From an uncultured Chloroflexia bacterium (GTDB lineage Bacteria > Chloroflexota > Limnocylindria > Limnocylindrales > CSP1-4): 64,000 nt of DNA. The stretch lies in the NCBI GenBank assembly GCA_963835335.1, contig CAWIFB010000030.1:13017-77016 (forward strand), given 5' to 3'. The number at the start of each line of letters is the position of its first letter. Position 1 is the stretch's first letter. A program made the position numbers and the translations under genes. The notes beneath the pieces were generated by a model. The model saw nothing but the letters and a program-made list of their open reading frames with translations. It was not told the DNA's origin and ran no database searches. Below are positions 1 through 7,918 of the stretch, in pieces.

Positions 1-123
1 AAGACGGGCGGCAAGAGCGGCGACTGGCATCGGCCGGCCCCCGAGGTCGAGCCGGACCGGCCCCGCCGGCGGCCCGGTGACCGGATCGCTGGCCGGGTCG
101 GCAAGCGCAAGGGCGCCGGGTGA
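1..123 (+). CDS. moaC: 3' end of cyclic pyranopterin monophosphate synthase MoaC (partial, enters from upstream of the window)
   Basis: Frame-1 translation KTGGKSGDWHR matches the conserved C-terminal (S/T)GGKSG motif of MoaC. Stop is TGA at 121-123, and a MogA/MoaB gene follows. Confidence 0.5.
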   Translation, partial: KTGGKSGDWHRPAPEVEPDRPRRRPGDRIAGRVGKRKGAG

Positions 124-673
124 TCGCGGGGTGTCCGCGACCGTGACGCGTTCGGCGCTGGTGATCACCGCGAGCGACCGGAGCGCGGCCGGCAGGCGCC
201 CGGACACGTCCGGTGCGGGGGTCGGGGCGCGCCTCGAGACGCTGGGGTTCGTGGTCGAGCGACAGGTCGTGCCGGACGACCGCGCGGCGCTCGAGGCGGC
301 GCTCGTCGCCGGGGCCGAGAACCACGCGCTCGTGATCACCACCGGTGGCACCGGCCTCACGCCGCGCGACGTCACGCCGCAGGCGACCTGCGCCATCCTC
401 GACTACGAGATCCCCGGCATCGCCGAGGCGATGCGCGCCGAGGGCCGTCGCTCCACGCCGTTCGCCGCCCTCTCTCGCGGCATCGTCGGCGTCCGGGGCC
501 GGACGCTCATCGTCAACCTGCCCGGATCGCCCAAGGGCGCCCTCGAGTCGCTCGAGGTCCTGCTCGGCGTCGTCGATCATGCGCTCGAGACCCTCGCCGG
601 GCCGTTCGACCACGCCGCCGCCCGGTCCGCAGGCCGCGAGGATCTGCCGCCGGGCATGCCGGAGGACCGCTGA
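77..673 (+). CDS. MogA/MoaB-family molybdenum cofactor biosynthesis protein
   Basis: Motifs [21 protein letters not shown] and [11 protein letters not shown] are typical of the MoaB/MogA fold. The true start may be the in-frame GTG at 131, after the moaC stop. Confidence 0.8.
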   Translation: MTGSLAGSASARAPGDRGVSATVTRSALVITASDRSAAGRRPDTSGAGVGARLETLGFVVERQVVPDDRAALEAALVAGAENHALVITTGGTGLTPRDVTPQATCAILDYEIPGIAEAMRAEGRRSTPFAALSRGIVGVRGRTLIVNLPGSPKGALESLEVLLGVVDHALETLAGPFDHAAARSAGREDLPPGMPEDR

Positions 674-675
674 CC

Positions 676-2808
676 ATGTTCGAGCCGTTCGCCGACGTTC
701 CCGCCTACCTGCTGGTGTTCCCGGTGTTCTGGGGCGCGGTCGCCTTCTTCGCCTTGGTCATGGCGCGCCACCTGCGCGTGTTCGCGGCAGCCCGCCCCGT
801 CTCGCCCACGGACCGGGTGGCCGCCCGCCTGTGGGGAACGATCCGGTTCGGCTTTGCGCAGTCACGCATGTTCCGCGACGCGCGCGCCGGCGTCATGCAC
901 TTCGCGATCTTCTGGGGCTTCATCCTGCTCACGATCGGCACCGCCAACATCGTGACCGGCGGGGTCATCCAGGCGATCGTCGAGGCGCCGTTCGACGGCA
1001 TCCTGTGGGCGGCCGTCAACGCGATGCAGAACGTGGTCGCCGCCATCGTGATCGCGGCCATCGGCTATGCCTACTGGCGCCGGCTGGTGATCAAGCCCGC
1101 GCGCCTGTCGCTCAACCGCGACGCGCTGCTGATCCTGGCCATGATCGGCGGGCTGGTGGCGGCGGAGCTGCTGGGCCAGGTGTTCCAGGTGGCCGCGCAC
1201 GGCGAGGAGCCGGGTGCGTTCATCGCGAACGCCATCGGAGGCGCGATCAGCGGGGTCGACCCAGCGCTGACCAACGCGCTGTTCGGGATCCTGTGGTGGG
1301 TGCACATCGGGCTGGTCGCCGCGTTCCTCGTGTACCTCCCGTTCTCCAAGCACCTCCACGTCGCCACGGCGATCCCCAACATCCTGCTGCGCAAGCTGGC
1401 GCCGCGCGGGCAGCTGCCGCCGATGGACCTCGAGGCCGAGGACGCGGTGTTCGGGCTGCGCACGGTTGCCGACCTGTCCTGGAAGGACCTGCTCGACGGC
1501 TTCACCTGCACCGAGTGCGGCCGCTGCCAGCAGGCGTGTCCGGCGTACGCGACCGGGAAGCCGCTCAACCCCAAGAGCCTGATCATGGGCATCCGCCACG
1601 AGGCCGTGGCGGCCGAGGCGGGGCTCCCGCTGATCCCCAACTCGCCGTCTGTCCGGTCCACCTTCGGGCTTGATGACTCGATCCGTCCCGAGGCGATGGC
1701 CCGGCCGCTGGTCGACGCGGCGATCCCGTACGACGCCGTGTGGGACTGCCTGACCTGCGGGGCATGCGTCGAGGCCTGCCCGGTGACGATCGAGCACGTC
1801 GACAAGATCGTGGGCATCCGGCGCAACCTCGTGCTCGAGGACAGCCGGTTCCCGCAGGAGCTGACCGCGGCCTTCAAGGGCATGGAGAGCGTCGGCAACC
1901 CGTGGGGCCAGCCGCCGTCGTCACGCCTCGACTGGGCGAAGCCACTCCCGTTCGCGGTGCGCACGGCGGCGCAGGTGGCCGCCGCGGGTGAGCTCGACGA
2001 CCTCGAGGTCCTGTACTGGGTCGGCTGCGCGGCCGCGTTCGACGATCGCAACCAGCGCGTGGCGCGCGCGGTGGCAACCTGCCTCGACGCGGCGGGCGTG
2101 TCGTTCGCCGTGCTCGGCCAGGAGGAGGCGTGCACCGGCGATCCTGCACGGCGTATGGGCAACGAGTACGTGTTCCAGATCCTGGCCGGCCAGAACATCG
2201 AGACCCTCAACCGGTACCGGGCCGGCGAGCGGACGATCGTGACGGCGTGCCCGCATTGCTTCAACACGATCGGTAACGAATACGGCCAGCTGGGTGGCAG
2301 GTTCGCCATCCGCCACCACAGCGAGTACCTGTCATCGCTGGTGAGCTCGGGGCGCCTCCAGCTCGGGGCCGACGGGCTGCCGGCGCGGTCCGTGACCTAC
2401 CACGACTCCTGCTACCTCGCGCGCTACAACGGCGTGATCGCGCCGCCGCGCGAGGTGCTGGGTGCGATCCCGGGCGTCGAGCTGCGCGAGATGGACAACC
2501 ATGGCCGCCAGACGTTCTGCTGCGGCGCCGGCGGCGGCCGGATGTGGATGGAGGAGACGCGCGGCACCCGGGTCAACGCCGAGCGCACGCGCCAGGCGCT
2601 CGAGACTGGCGCAGGGACGGTCGCAACCGCATGCCCGTTCTGCATGACGATGCTCCGCGACGGCCTGACCGACGCCGGACGGGGAGGCCAGGACGCCGAT
2701 CCCGTTCTCGCGCAGGACATCAGCGAGCTGCTCGCCGAGGCGATCGCGCCCGCCGCGGTGTTCGCGGGCCGCGAGATCCCGGAGGGTCGGCGGCTCCCGG
2801 TGGTCTGA
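676..2808 (+). CDS. Membrane-anchored Fe-S oxidoreductase, heterodisulfide-reductase-like (EtfD / Rv0338c-like)
   Basis: N-terminal hydrophobic helices; two 4Fe-4S motifs ([24 protein letters not shown]); two Cys-rich CCG-type regions ([38 protein letters not shown]). Confidence 0.8.
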   Translation: MFEPFADVPAYLLVFPVFWGAVAFFALVMARHLRVFAAARPVSPTDRVAARLWGTIRFGFAQSRMFRDARAGVMHFAIFWGFILLTIGTANIVTGGVIQAIVEAPFDGILWAAVNAMQNVVAAIVIAAIGYAYWRRLVIKPARLSLNRDALLILAMIGGLVAAELLGQVFQVAAHGEEPGAFIANAIGGAISGVDPALTNALFGILWWVHIGLVAAFLVYLPFSKHLHVATAIPNILLRKLAPRGQLPPMDLEAEDAVFGLRTVADLSWKDLLDGFTCTECGRCQQACPAYATGKPLNPKSLIMGIRHEAVAAEAGLPLIPNSPSVRSTFGLDDSIRPEAMARPLVDAAIPYDAVWDCLTCGACVEACPVTIEHVDKIVGIRRNLVLEDSRFPQELTAAFKGMESVGNPWGQPPSSRLDWAKPLPFAVRTAAQVAAAGELDDLEVLYWVGCAAAFDDRNQRVARAVATCLDAAGVSFAVLGQEEACTGDPARRMGNEYVFQILAGQNIETLNRYRAGERTIVTACPHCFNTIGNEYGQLGGRFAIRHHSEYLSSLVSSGRLQLGADGLPARSVTYHDSCYLARYNGVIAPPREVLGAIPGVELREMDNHGRQTFCCGAGGGRMWMEETRGTRVNAERTRQALETGAGTVATACPFCMTMLRDGLTDAGRGGQDADPVLAQDISELLAEAIAPAAVFAGREIPEGRRLPVV

Positions 2809-3367
2809 GCGGCGCGATCGTCCGTCCCCGCCACGCCGCTTGCCGCCCCACGCCGTTCCCCGCGGAGTCCAGCGCCGGGCCAAGGCCCGCGCCCTTCCCA
2901 CACCGTAGCCCAGCCCTGCTCACGCCGCGCCCCCACCGCCTGACGGATGCCCGCCAAGCGGTCGTTGTGACCACCGGGAAGGGTCGGGGGACCCGCACCC
3001 GTGCGGGAGAGGCTCTGATCCAGCCGAATCTCCTGACAGACGTCCGTATCACGAGCGTTCGCCACATTCCTGCTGGCTTACGCTCGCCACTCGGGCATTT
3101 GGCCGGGTGGCGGCGCCAACGCGCGGTGGCCGCAGCACGAGCAGCACTCGACGTCACCGGGACTCGCATGCATTCCGGTCGCGGCGACCGCTCAACGGTC
3201 ATTCGTCAGAGTGCACGACGACACGTCGCGGCGAGCCCACGTCGCGGGCGAGACGATATGTCGTGGCGTCCCGCGCGCCTCGCGCCGCCCCCGCCCCGCG
3301 CCCCGCCCGGCGCCGCCCCCGCCGCGCCGCCCCGCCCGCGCCGCGCCCCGGCGGCTCTCCGGCCGCC

Positions 3368-3592
3368 TCAGCCCTTGAGGGCAGATCCGCACGAGATGCA
3401 GGTCCGGTCCGTCCAGAGATTGCCCATCCCGCACCTGGGGCACACCTTCATGCCCTCGGTCGAAGCGGCATACGGTGAGTCGACCGGAGTCTTCTCCCGG
3501 GCGTCGCGGCGCATCCGGTCCCGGATGATCAGGACCGCGCCGATCGCGACGATCGCCGCGCCGGCGAGGATCAGGAGGTACGTCTGGTCCAC
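3368..3592 (-). CDS. Small membrane-anchored zinc-ribbon protein (74 aa)
   Basis: C-terminal CPRCG..x..CISCG zinc ribbon preceded by one TM helix (LLILAGAAIVAIGAVLII). GTG start sits 6 nt after a GGGGAG Shine-Dalgarno. The upstream part of the 270-aa ORF is low-complexity. Confidence 0.6.
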   Translation of the reverse strand: MDQTYLLILAGAAIVAIGAVLIIRDRMRRDAREKTPVDSPYAASTEGMKVCPRCGMGNLWTDRTCISCGSALKG

Positions 3593-3692
3593 GGCGACTC
3601 CCCGCGCGCAGCCCCCCGGCGCGATTCCCGAACCCCCGCGGTCGGTGACGATCGTGCCCGGCGCAGCCGCAGCGTAGCCGGGACGCGCCACG

Positions 3693-4922
3693 ATGTCATC
3701 CCTGACGATCAGTCCACGCCGTCGCGCTGCTAGGATGACCACCGTGAGTTCCAACCCACCGGTCCACGGCTCCATCCGCCTCGGGGAGGAGCACATCCTG
3801 CTCCGCGACGCCGTTCGCGTGCTCGCCGACGAGCAGATTGCACCGCGCGCGGCGGAGATCGACCAGCAGGGCGAGTTCCCCGAGGACGTGCGCCAGCTGC
3901 TGGCGAACCACGACATCCTGTCGATCCCGTTTGCCGAGGAGCACGGCGGGTTGGGCGGCGACCTGTTGACCCTGTGCCTCGCGATCGAGCAGCTCAGCCG
4001 CGTGTGCGCGACGTCGGGGCTGATCCTGGCGGTCCAGTCGCTGGGCGCGATCCCCATCCAGGTCGCGGGAACGGCGGAGCAGAAGGATCGCTGGCTGCCC
4101 GGGCTCGCGTCGGGCGAGAAGCTGATCGCGTTCGGGCTGACCGAGGCGGACGCGGGGTCCGACCCGTCCGGCATTCGCACGCGGGCGGTTCGCGATGGCG
4201 ACGACTACGTCATCGACGGCTCGAAGCGGTTCATCAGCCACGCCAGCGTCGCGGACTACGTCGTCACCTTCGCCGTGACCAATCCCGACGCCGAGCGGCC
4301 CAGCCGCCGCCTGTCGGCGATCCTGGTCGAGACCGACCGGCCGGGGTTCACAGTCACCCGCCTCGAGCACAAGATGGGGATCCGCGGCTCGCCCACCGCA
4401 GAGCTCGCGTTCGATGGCGTCCGGGTCCCGGTGGCGAACCGGCTGGGCGACGAGGGCCAGGGGTTCGCGATCGCGATGCAGACGTTCGAGCACTCCCGGC
4501 CCGGGATCGCGGCCCAGGCGGTGGGGATCGCGCAGGGTGCCCTCGAGGTCGCCGCGCACTACGCCACGGAGCGACACCAGTTCGGCAAGCCGATCGGCGA
4601 GCTCCAGATGGTCCAGGCGATGCTCGCCGACATGGACGCCGCCACCGAGGCTGCCCGCCAGCTGGTCTACACGGCGTGCCAGGAGATCGACGCCGGCGCC
4701 CCCGACGCGGCCCGCTGGGCGGCGATCGCAAAGCTCGTGGCCGGGGACGCCGCGATGCGCGTGACCACGGACGCCGTCCAGGTCCTCGGTGGCTACGGCT
4801 ACATCGACGAATACCCCGTCGAGCGGATGATGCGCGACGCGAAGATCACCCAGCTCTACGAGGGCACCCAGCAGATCCAGCGGCTGATCGTCGCCCGGGC
4901 GTTGCTCGCGAAGAGCTCGTGA
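3693..4922 (+). CDS. Acyl-CoA dehydrogenase
   Basis: Full-length ACAD-like sequence (LGEEHILLRDAVR, FGLTEADAGSDPSG, GYGYIDEYPVERMMRDAKITQLYEGT). The start is uncertain; GTG at 3744 lies 7 nt after a TAGGAT -10 box, which would make it leaderless. Confidence 0.9.
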   Translation: MSSLTISPRRRAARMTTVSSNPPVHGSIRLGEEHILLRDAVRVLADEQIAPRAAEIDQQGEFPEDVRQLLANHDILSIPFAEEHGGLGGDLLTLCLAIEQLSRVCATSGLILAVQSLGAIPIQVAGTAEQKDRWLPGLASGEKLIAFGLTEADAGSDPSGIRTRAVRDGDDYVIDGSKRFISHASVADYVVTFAVTNPDAERPSRRLSAILVETDRPGFTVTRLEHKMGIRGSPTAELAFDGVRVPVANRLGDEGQGFAIAMQTFEHSRPGIAAQAVGIAQGALEVAAHYATERHQFGKPIGELQMVQAMLADMDAATEAARQLVYTACQEIDAGAPDAARWAAIAKLVAGDAAMRVTTDAVQVLGGYGYIDEYPVERMMRDAKITQLYEGTQQIQRLIVARALLAKSS

Positions 4923-4958
4923 CCGGCCGGCGCCCACCGACCCGGGAGCGATGACCCT

Positions 4959-5747
4959 GTGCAGATTCTGGTCCTGACAAAGCCCGTCCCCGATCCGGCC
5001 GCGAACGCCGAGCGGCTCGGCCCCGATCACCGCCTCGATCGCGGCGCCTCGCCGACCGTCGTCAACGGCAACGACGAATACGCCCTCGAGGCGGCGCTCC
5101 AGCTGGTCGAGGCGCACGGCGGCGAGGTGTCGATCCTGACCATGGCCCCGCCCAACGCGACCGAGACGATGCGCAAGGCGCTCGCGATGGGCGCCATGCG
5201 CGGCGTGCTGGTCACCGATCCGGCGCTGGCCGGCGCGGACCTGCCGACCACGATCCGCGTGCTCGCAGCGGCGGCCGCACGCCAGCCGTTCGACCTCCTG
5301 CTGGCGGGGCTCGACACCTCGGACGGGGCCGCGGGTGCGGTAGCGGCAGGCGTCGCTGCCCGCCTCGGGCTGCCTCTCCTGTCGGCCGCCGCCCGGATCG
5401 AGCCGGATCCCGCGGCCGGGACAGTCCGCGTGCGGCGGCTGAGTCCAAAGGGCTACGACGTGCTCGAGTCGCCGATGCCCGCCGTGCTCTCGTGCACGCA
5501 GGCGCTGGGGACGCCGCGCTACCCGTCGCTCAAGGGGATCATGGCTGCCCGATCGCGCGAGATCGTGACCCTGTCGCTCGCGGATCTCGGCGGCGATGAC
5601 CTGGCGCCGGCCGATGGCCAATGGGCGACGCGCGTCGTCGCGGCCGACAAGCCACCCGCGCGGGCCGCCGGACGCGTCGTCACCGGACCCGCGGCCGATG
5701 CCGCGCGCGAGATCGCCGACGTCCTTGCCGCCCGGAGGCTCATCTGA
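4959..5747 (+). CDS. etfB: Electron transfer flavoprotein beta subunit
   Basis: MQILVLTKPVPDP N-terminus and length are typical of EtfB. It sits immediately upstream of etfA. Confidence 0.9.
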   Translation: MQILVLTKPVPDPAANAERLGPDHRLDRGASPTVVNGNDEYALEAALQLVEAHGGEVSILTMAPPNATETMRKALAMGAMRGVLVTDPALAGADLPTTIRVLAAAAARQPFDLLLAGLDTSDGAAGAVAAGVAARLGLPLLSAAARIEPDPAAGTVRVRRLSPKGYDVLESPMPAVLSCTQALGTPRYPSLKGIMAARSREIVTLSLADLGGDDLAPADGQWATRVVAADKPPARAAGRVVTGPAADAAREIADVLAARRLI

Positions 5748-6724
5748 TGGCTGCGCGCATCCTGGTGGTCGCCGAGGTCGCCGACGGTCAGCTCACCCGC
5801 CTGTCGGCCGAGGTCGCCACCCTCGCCCGTTCGCTCGCCGAGGCGGCGGGCGGCAGTGCCCAGGGCCTGGTGATCGACGCCGCGCCCGGCGCGGCCGCGG
5901 ACGAGCTGGCGGGGTACCTGCCGGCGGTCGTCTCCGTGACCGCACCGGCCGTTGCCGGCGAGGTGTGGGCGCCCAGGGCCGTCGCCGAGGTCCGGCGCCT
6001 GGTGGACGATGGGGTGACCCACGTGCTGTGTGGCTCCACGGCCGACGGTCGCGATGTGGCGGGAGCCCTCGTCGGGCTGCTTGGCTGGGGCCTGCTGGCA
6101 AACGCGACCGGGGCGGCCTGGGAGGACGGCGGGCCGGTCGTCGAGGCGACCGTGCTGGGCGGCAAGGCGATCACCCGCAGCATGCTGACGGGCCCCACCG
6201 GGATCGTGACCGTGGGGCTGGGCGCCGTCGCCGCGGAGCCGGCGGACGCCACGGGAACCATCGAGACCGTCGAGCCCGCCCCCGAGCCCGCGACGCCCGC
6301 CGTTCCGGTCCTGGAGCGCGTCGCCGAGGCCGGCGCAGAGGCGTCACTCGAGGAGGCACGGGTCGTGGTCGTCGGGGGCCGCGGCGTCGGGAGCCCCGAG
6401 GGGTTTGCCATCGTCGACGAGCTCGCCGGCATCCTGGGCGGCGTGACCGGCGCGACCCGCGCATCGGTCGATGCGGGCTGGATCGCCTATGCGCGGCAGA
6501 TCGGACAGACCGGCAAGGTCGTCAAGCCGGCGCTGTACCTCGGCCTGGGCGTCTCGGGCGCGATGCAGCACCGGGTCGGGATGCAGGGCGCGGAGACGAT
6601 CATCGCGGTCAACCGGGACCCGGATGCCCCGATCGCCGAGATCGCCGACCTGTTCGTCGTGGGCGACCTGTTCCAGGTCGGGCCTGCGCTCGCCGCCGAG
6701 CTCCGCGCCCGGCGCGGAACCTGA
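5747..6724 (+). CDS. etfA: Electron transfer flavoprotein alpha subunit
   Basis: ATG at 5747 overlaps the etfB stop (TGATG). C-terminal FAD-binding region GRGVGSPEGF..GATRA.VDAGW....QIGQTGK.V.P.LY...GVSGA.QH. Confidence 0.9.
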   Translation: MAARILVVAEVADGQLTRLSAEVATLARSLAEAAGGSAQGLVIDAAPGAAADELAGYLPAVVSVTAPAVAGEVWAPRAVAEVRRLVDDGVTHVLCGSTADGRDVAGALVGLLGWGLLANATGAAWEDGGPVVEATVLGGKAITRSMLTGPTGIVTVGLGAVAAEPADATGTIETVEPAPEPATPAVPVLERVAEAGAEASLEEARVVVVGGRGVGSPEGFAIVDELAGILGGVTGATRASVDAGWIAYARQIGQTGKVVKPALYLGLGVSGAMQHRVGMQGAETIIAVNRDPDAPIAEIADLFVVGDLFQVGPALAAELRARRGT

Positions 6725-6749
6725 CCGTCCGGGCGGCGGGGAGCGAACG

Positions 6750-7352
6750 GTGACCGACGGGACCGGGCTGTGGCTGCTGCTCCTGGTCGCGCTGGCCATC
6801 CTGGCGACCCTCGTGCTGCGCCGGATGGGCCGGCTGATCGCCCGGACCCGGGAGCTTGAGGGTTTCCAGCGCTCGGCCCGCCGGCTCGATCGTGCGTTCG
6901 GCGCCACGGCGGACCCCATGGTGGCCCGGCTCGACGAGCTGCGGCGTCACGCGGGTGATCCGCAGGGCCTCGTCGGGCTGCTCGGACCGGCGTCCGAGAC
7001 GCTGCGCGCCGCGGCGGCCGATGCCAGGGCGCTGCACCCGCCGGCGAGGCTCCGGGGCGAGGCGCAGGGCCTTGCGCGCGAGCTCGACCGCGCGATCCGG
7101 GCGACCGAGATGGTGGAGCACGGCCTCGACGCGCTGCTTGCCGTGCGGGGTGGCCGTGAGCTCGAGGCACAGACCTCGCTCAAGCGCGGGGCGCTCAATC
7201 TCCGCCATGCTCGCGCGGCGTTCCACGAGATCGTGACGCAGGTGCTGGCGATCGGCCCCGCGGACGTGGGGACCAACTCGCCCAGGCGCTCGGGCGGCGC
7301 CGGAGCGACCGTCCCGACCTACATCGTCGACGGCATCGACACCGACCTCTGA
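6750..7352 (+). CDS. Hypothetical protein with N-terminal TM helix (200 aa)
   Basis: GTG start 8 nt after GGGGAG. Has TM segment LWLLLLVALAILATLVL followed by an Arg/Ala/Leu-rich helical region. No recognisable family. Confidence 0.45.
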   Translation: MTDGTGLWLLLLVALAILATLVLRRMGRLIARTRELEGFQRSARRLDRAFGATADPMVARLDELRRHAGDPQGLVGLLGPASETLRAAAADARALHPPARLRGEAQGLARELDRAIRATEMVEHGLDALLAVRGGRELEAQTSLKRGALNLRHARAAFHEIVTQVLAIGPADVGTNSPRRSGGAGATVPTYIVDGIDTDL

Positions 7353-7362
7353 GCGGGTTACG

Positions 7363-7410
7363 ACCCCGCATGTAGTGGTATTCTCGCCTCGCACCACTAG
7401 GGATAGTGGT
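7363..7410 (+). promoter_or_regulatory. Putative tandem NrdR boxes overlapping the nrdR promoter
   Basis: Box 2 at 7393-7410 is ACCACTA-GGGA-TAGTGGT, with perfect 7-bp arms. Box 1 at 7363-7379 is ACCCCGCATGTAGTGGT and shares the TAGTGG half-site. The 16-mer cores start 31 bp apart. An extended -10 (TGgTATTCT, 7376-7384) overlaps box 1. Confidence 0.55.
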
Positions 7411-7432
7411 CTGGTGGAGGATTGGAGGGTCG

Positions 7433-7918
7433 ATGCGCTGCCCCCAGTGCGGTACTCGTGACACGCGCGTCGTGGACTCGCGCGACCTCGACGAGGCCTC
7501 GACGATCCGGCGCCGCCGGGAGTGCCCGGCATGCACCACGCGGTTCACGACGTATGAGCGCGTCGAGGCGGCCCGGCTGGTGGTCGCCAAGCGCGACGGG
7601 ATCCGGCAGGAGTTCGATCGCGACAAGCTCGCGTCGGGGCTGGCCAAGGCGCTGACCCGGCGCCCGGTCGCGGACGATGCGGCGGAGCGCGCCGCGGACG
7701 AGATCGAGAGCGAGCTGCGGTCGTCCGGGGCATCGGAGATTCCCAGCTCGCGGATCGGCACCATGGCGATGGACAAGCTGCGCGCGATCGACCACATCGC
7801 GTACATCCGGTTCGCATCGGTGTACCAGAGCTTCGAGGATCTCGAGGACCTCAAGCGCGAGGTGGACAGCCTGTTCGCGGAGGGCGGGGCGCCGAAGAAG
7901 CGGAAGCCGCTCGCGTGA
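7433..7918 (+). CDS. nrdR: Transcriptional repressor NrdR
   Basis: [17 protein letters not shown] zinc ribbon plus ATP-cone ([31 protein letters not shown]). GGAGGG Shine-Dalgarno precedes the ATG at 7433. Confidence 0.95.
   Translation: MRCPQCGTRDTRVVDSRDLDEASTIRRRRECPACTTRFTTYERVEAARLVVAKRDGIRQEFDRDKLASGLAKALTRRPVADDAAERAADEIESELRSSGASEIPSSRIGTMAMDKLRAIDHIAYIRFASVYQSFEDLEDLKREVDSLFAEGGAPKKRKPLA

Noticed and set aside
3107-3478. 123-aa plus-strand ORF rich in PRAAPAPRPARRRPRRAAPP
   Set aside because: It is an artefact of translating the C-run tract. It also overlaps the better-supported zinc-ribbon gene on the other strand.
3696-5621. 641-aa minus-strand ORF, and similar long antisense ORFs (7195-9504, 14092-16434, 30501-32297, 44367-46256, 50398-52020, 57472-58983, 61857-63998)
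   Set aside because: Each one overlaps a well-supported gene on the opposite strand (ACAD/etfB, nrdR/dcd, the SBP, MFS, SBP, amidohydrolase, thrS, pheT). All show low-complexity Arg/Pro/Gly composition.
5621-5746. Upstream extension of etfA (the 367-aa ORF starting at 5621)
   Set aside because: The extension is Arg-rich (MGDARRRGRQATRAGRR..) and overlaps the etfB 3' end. The conserved EtfA N-terminus (MAARILVVAEV) begins at the ATG at 5747, which overlaps the etfB stop.
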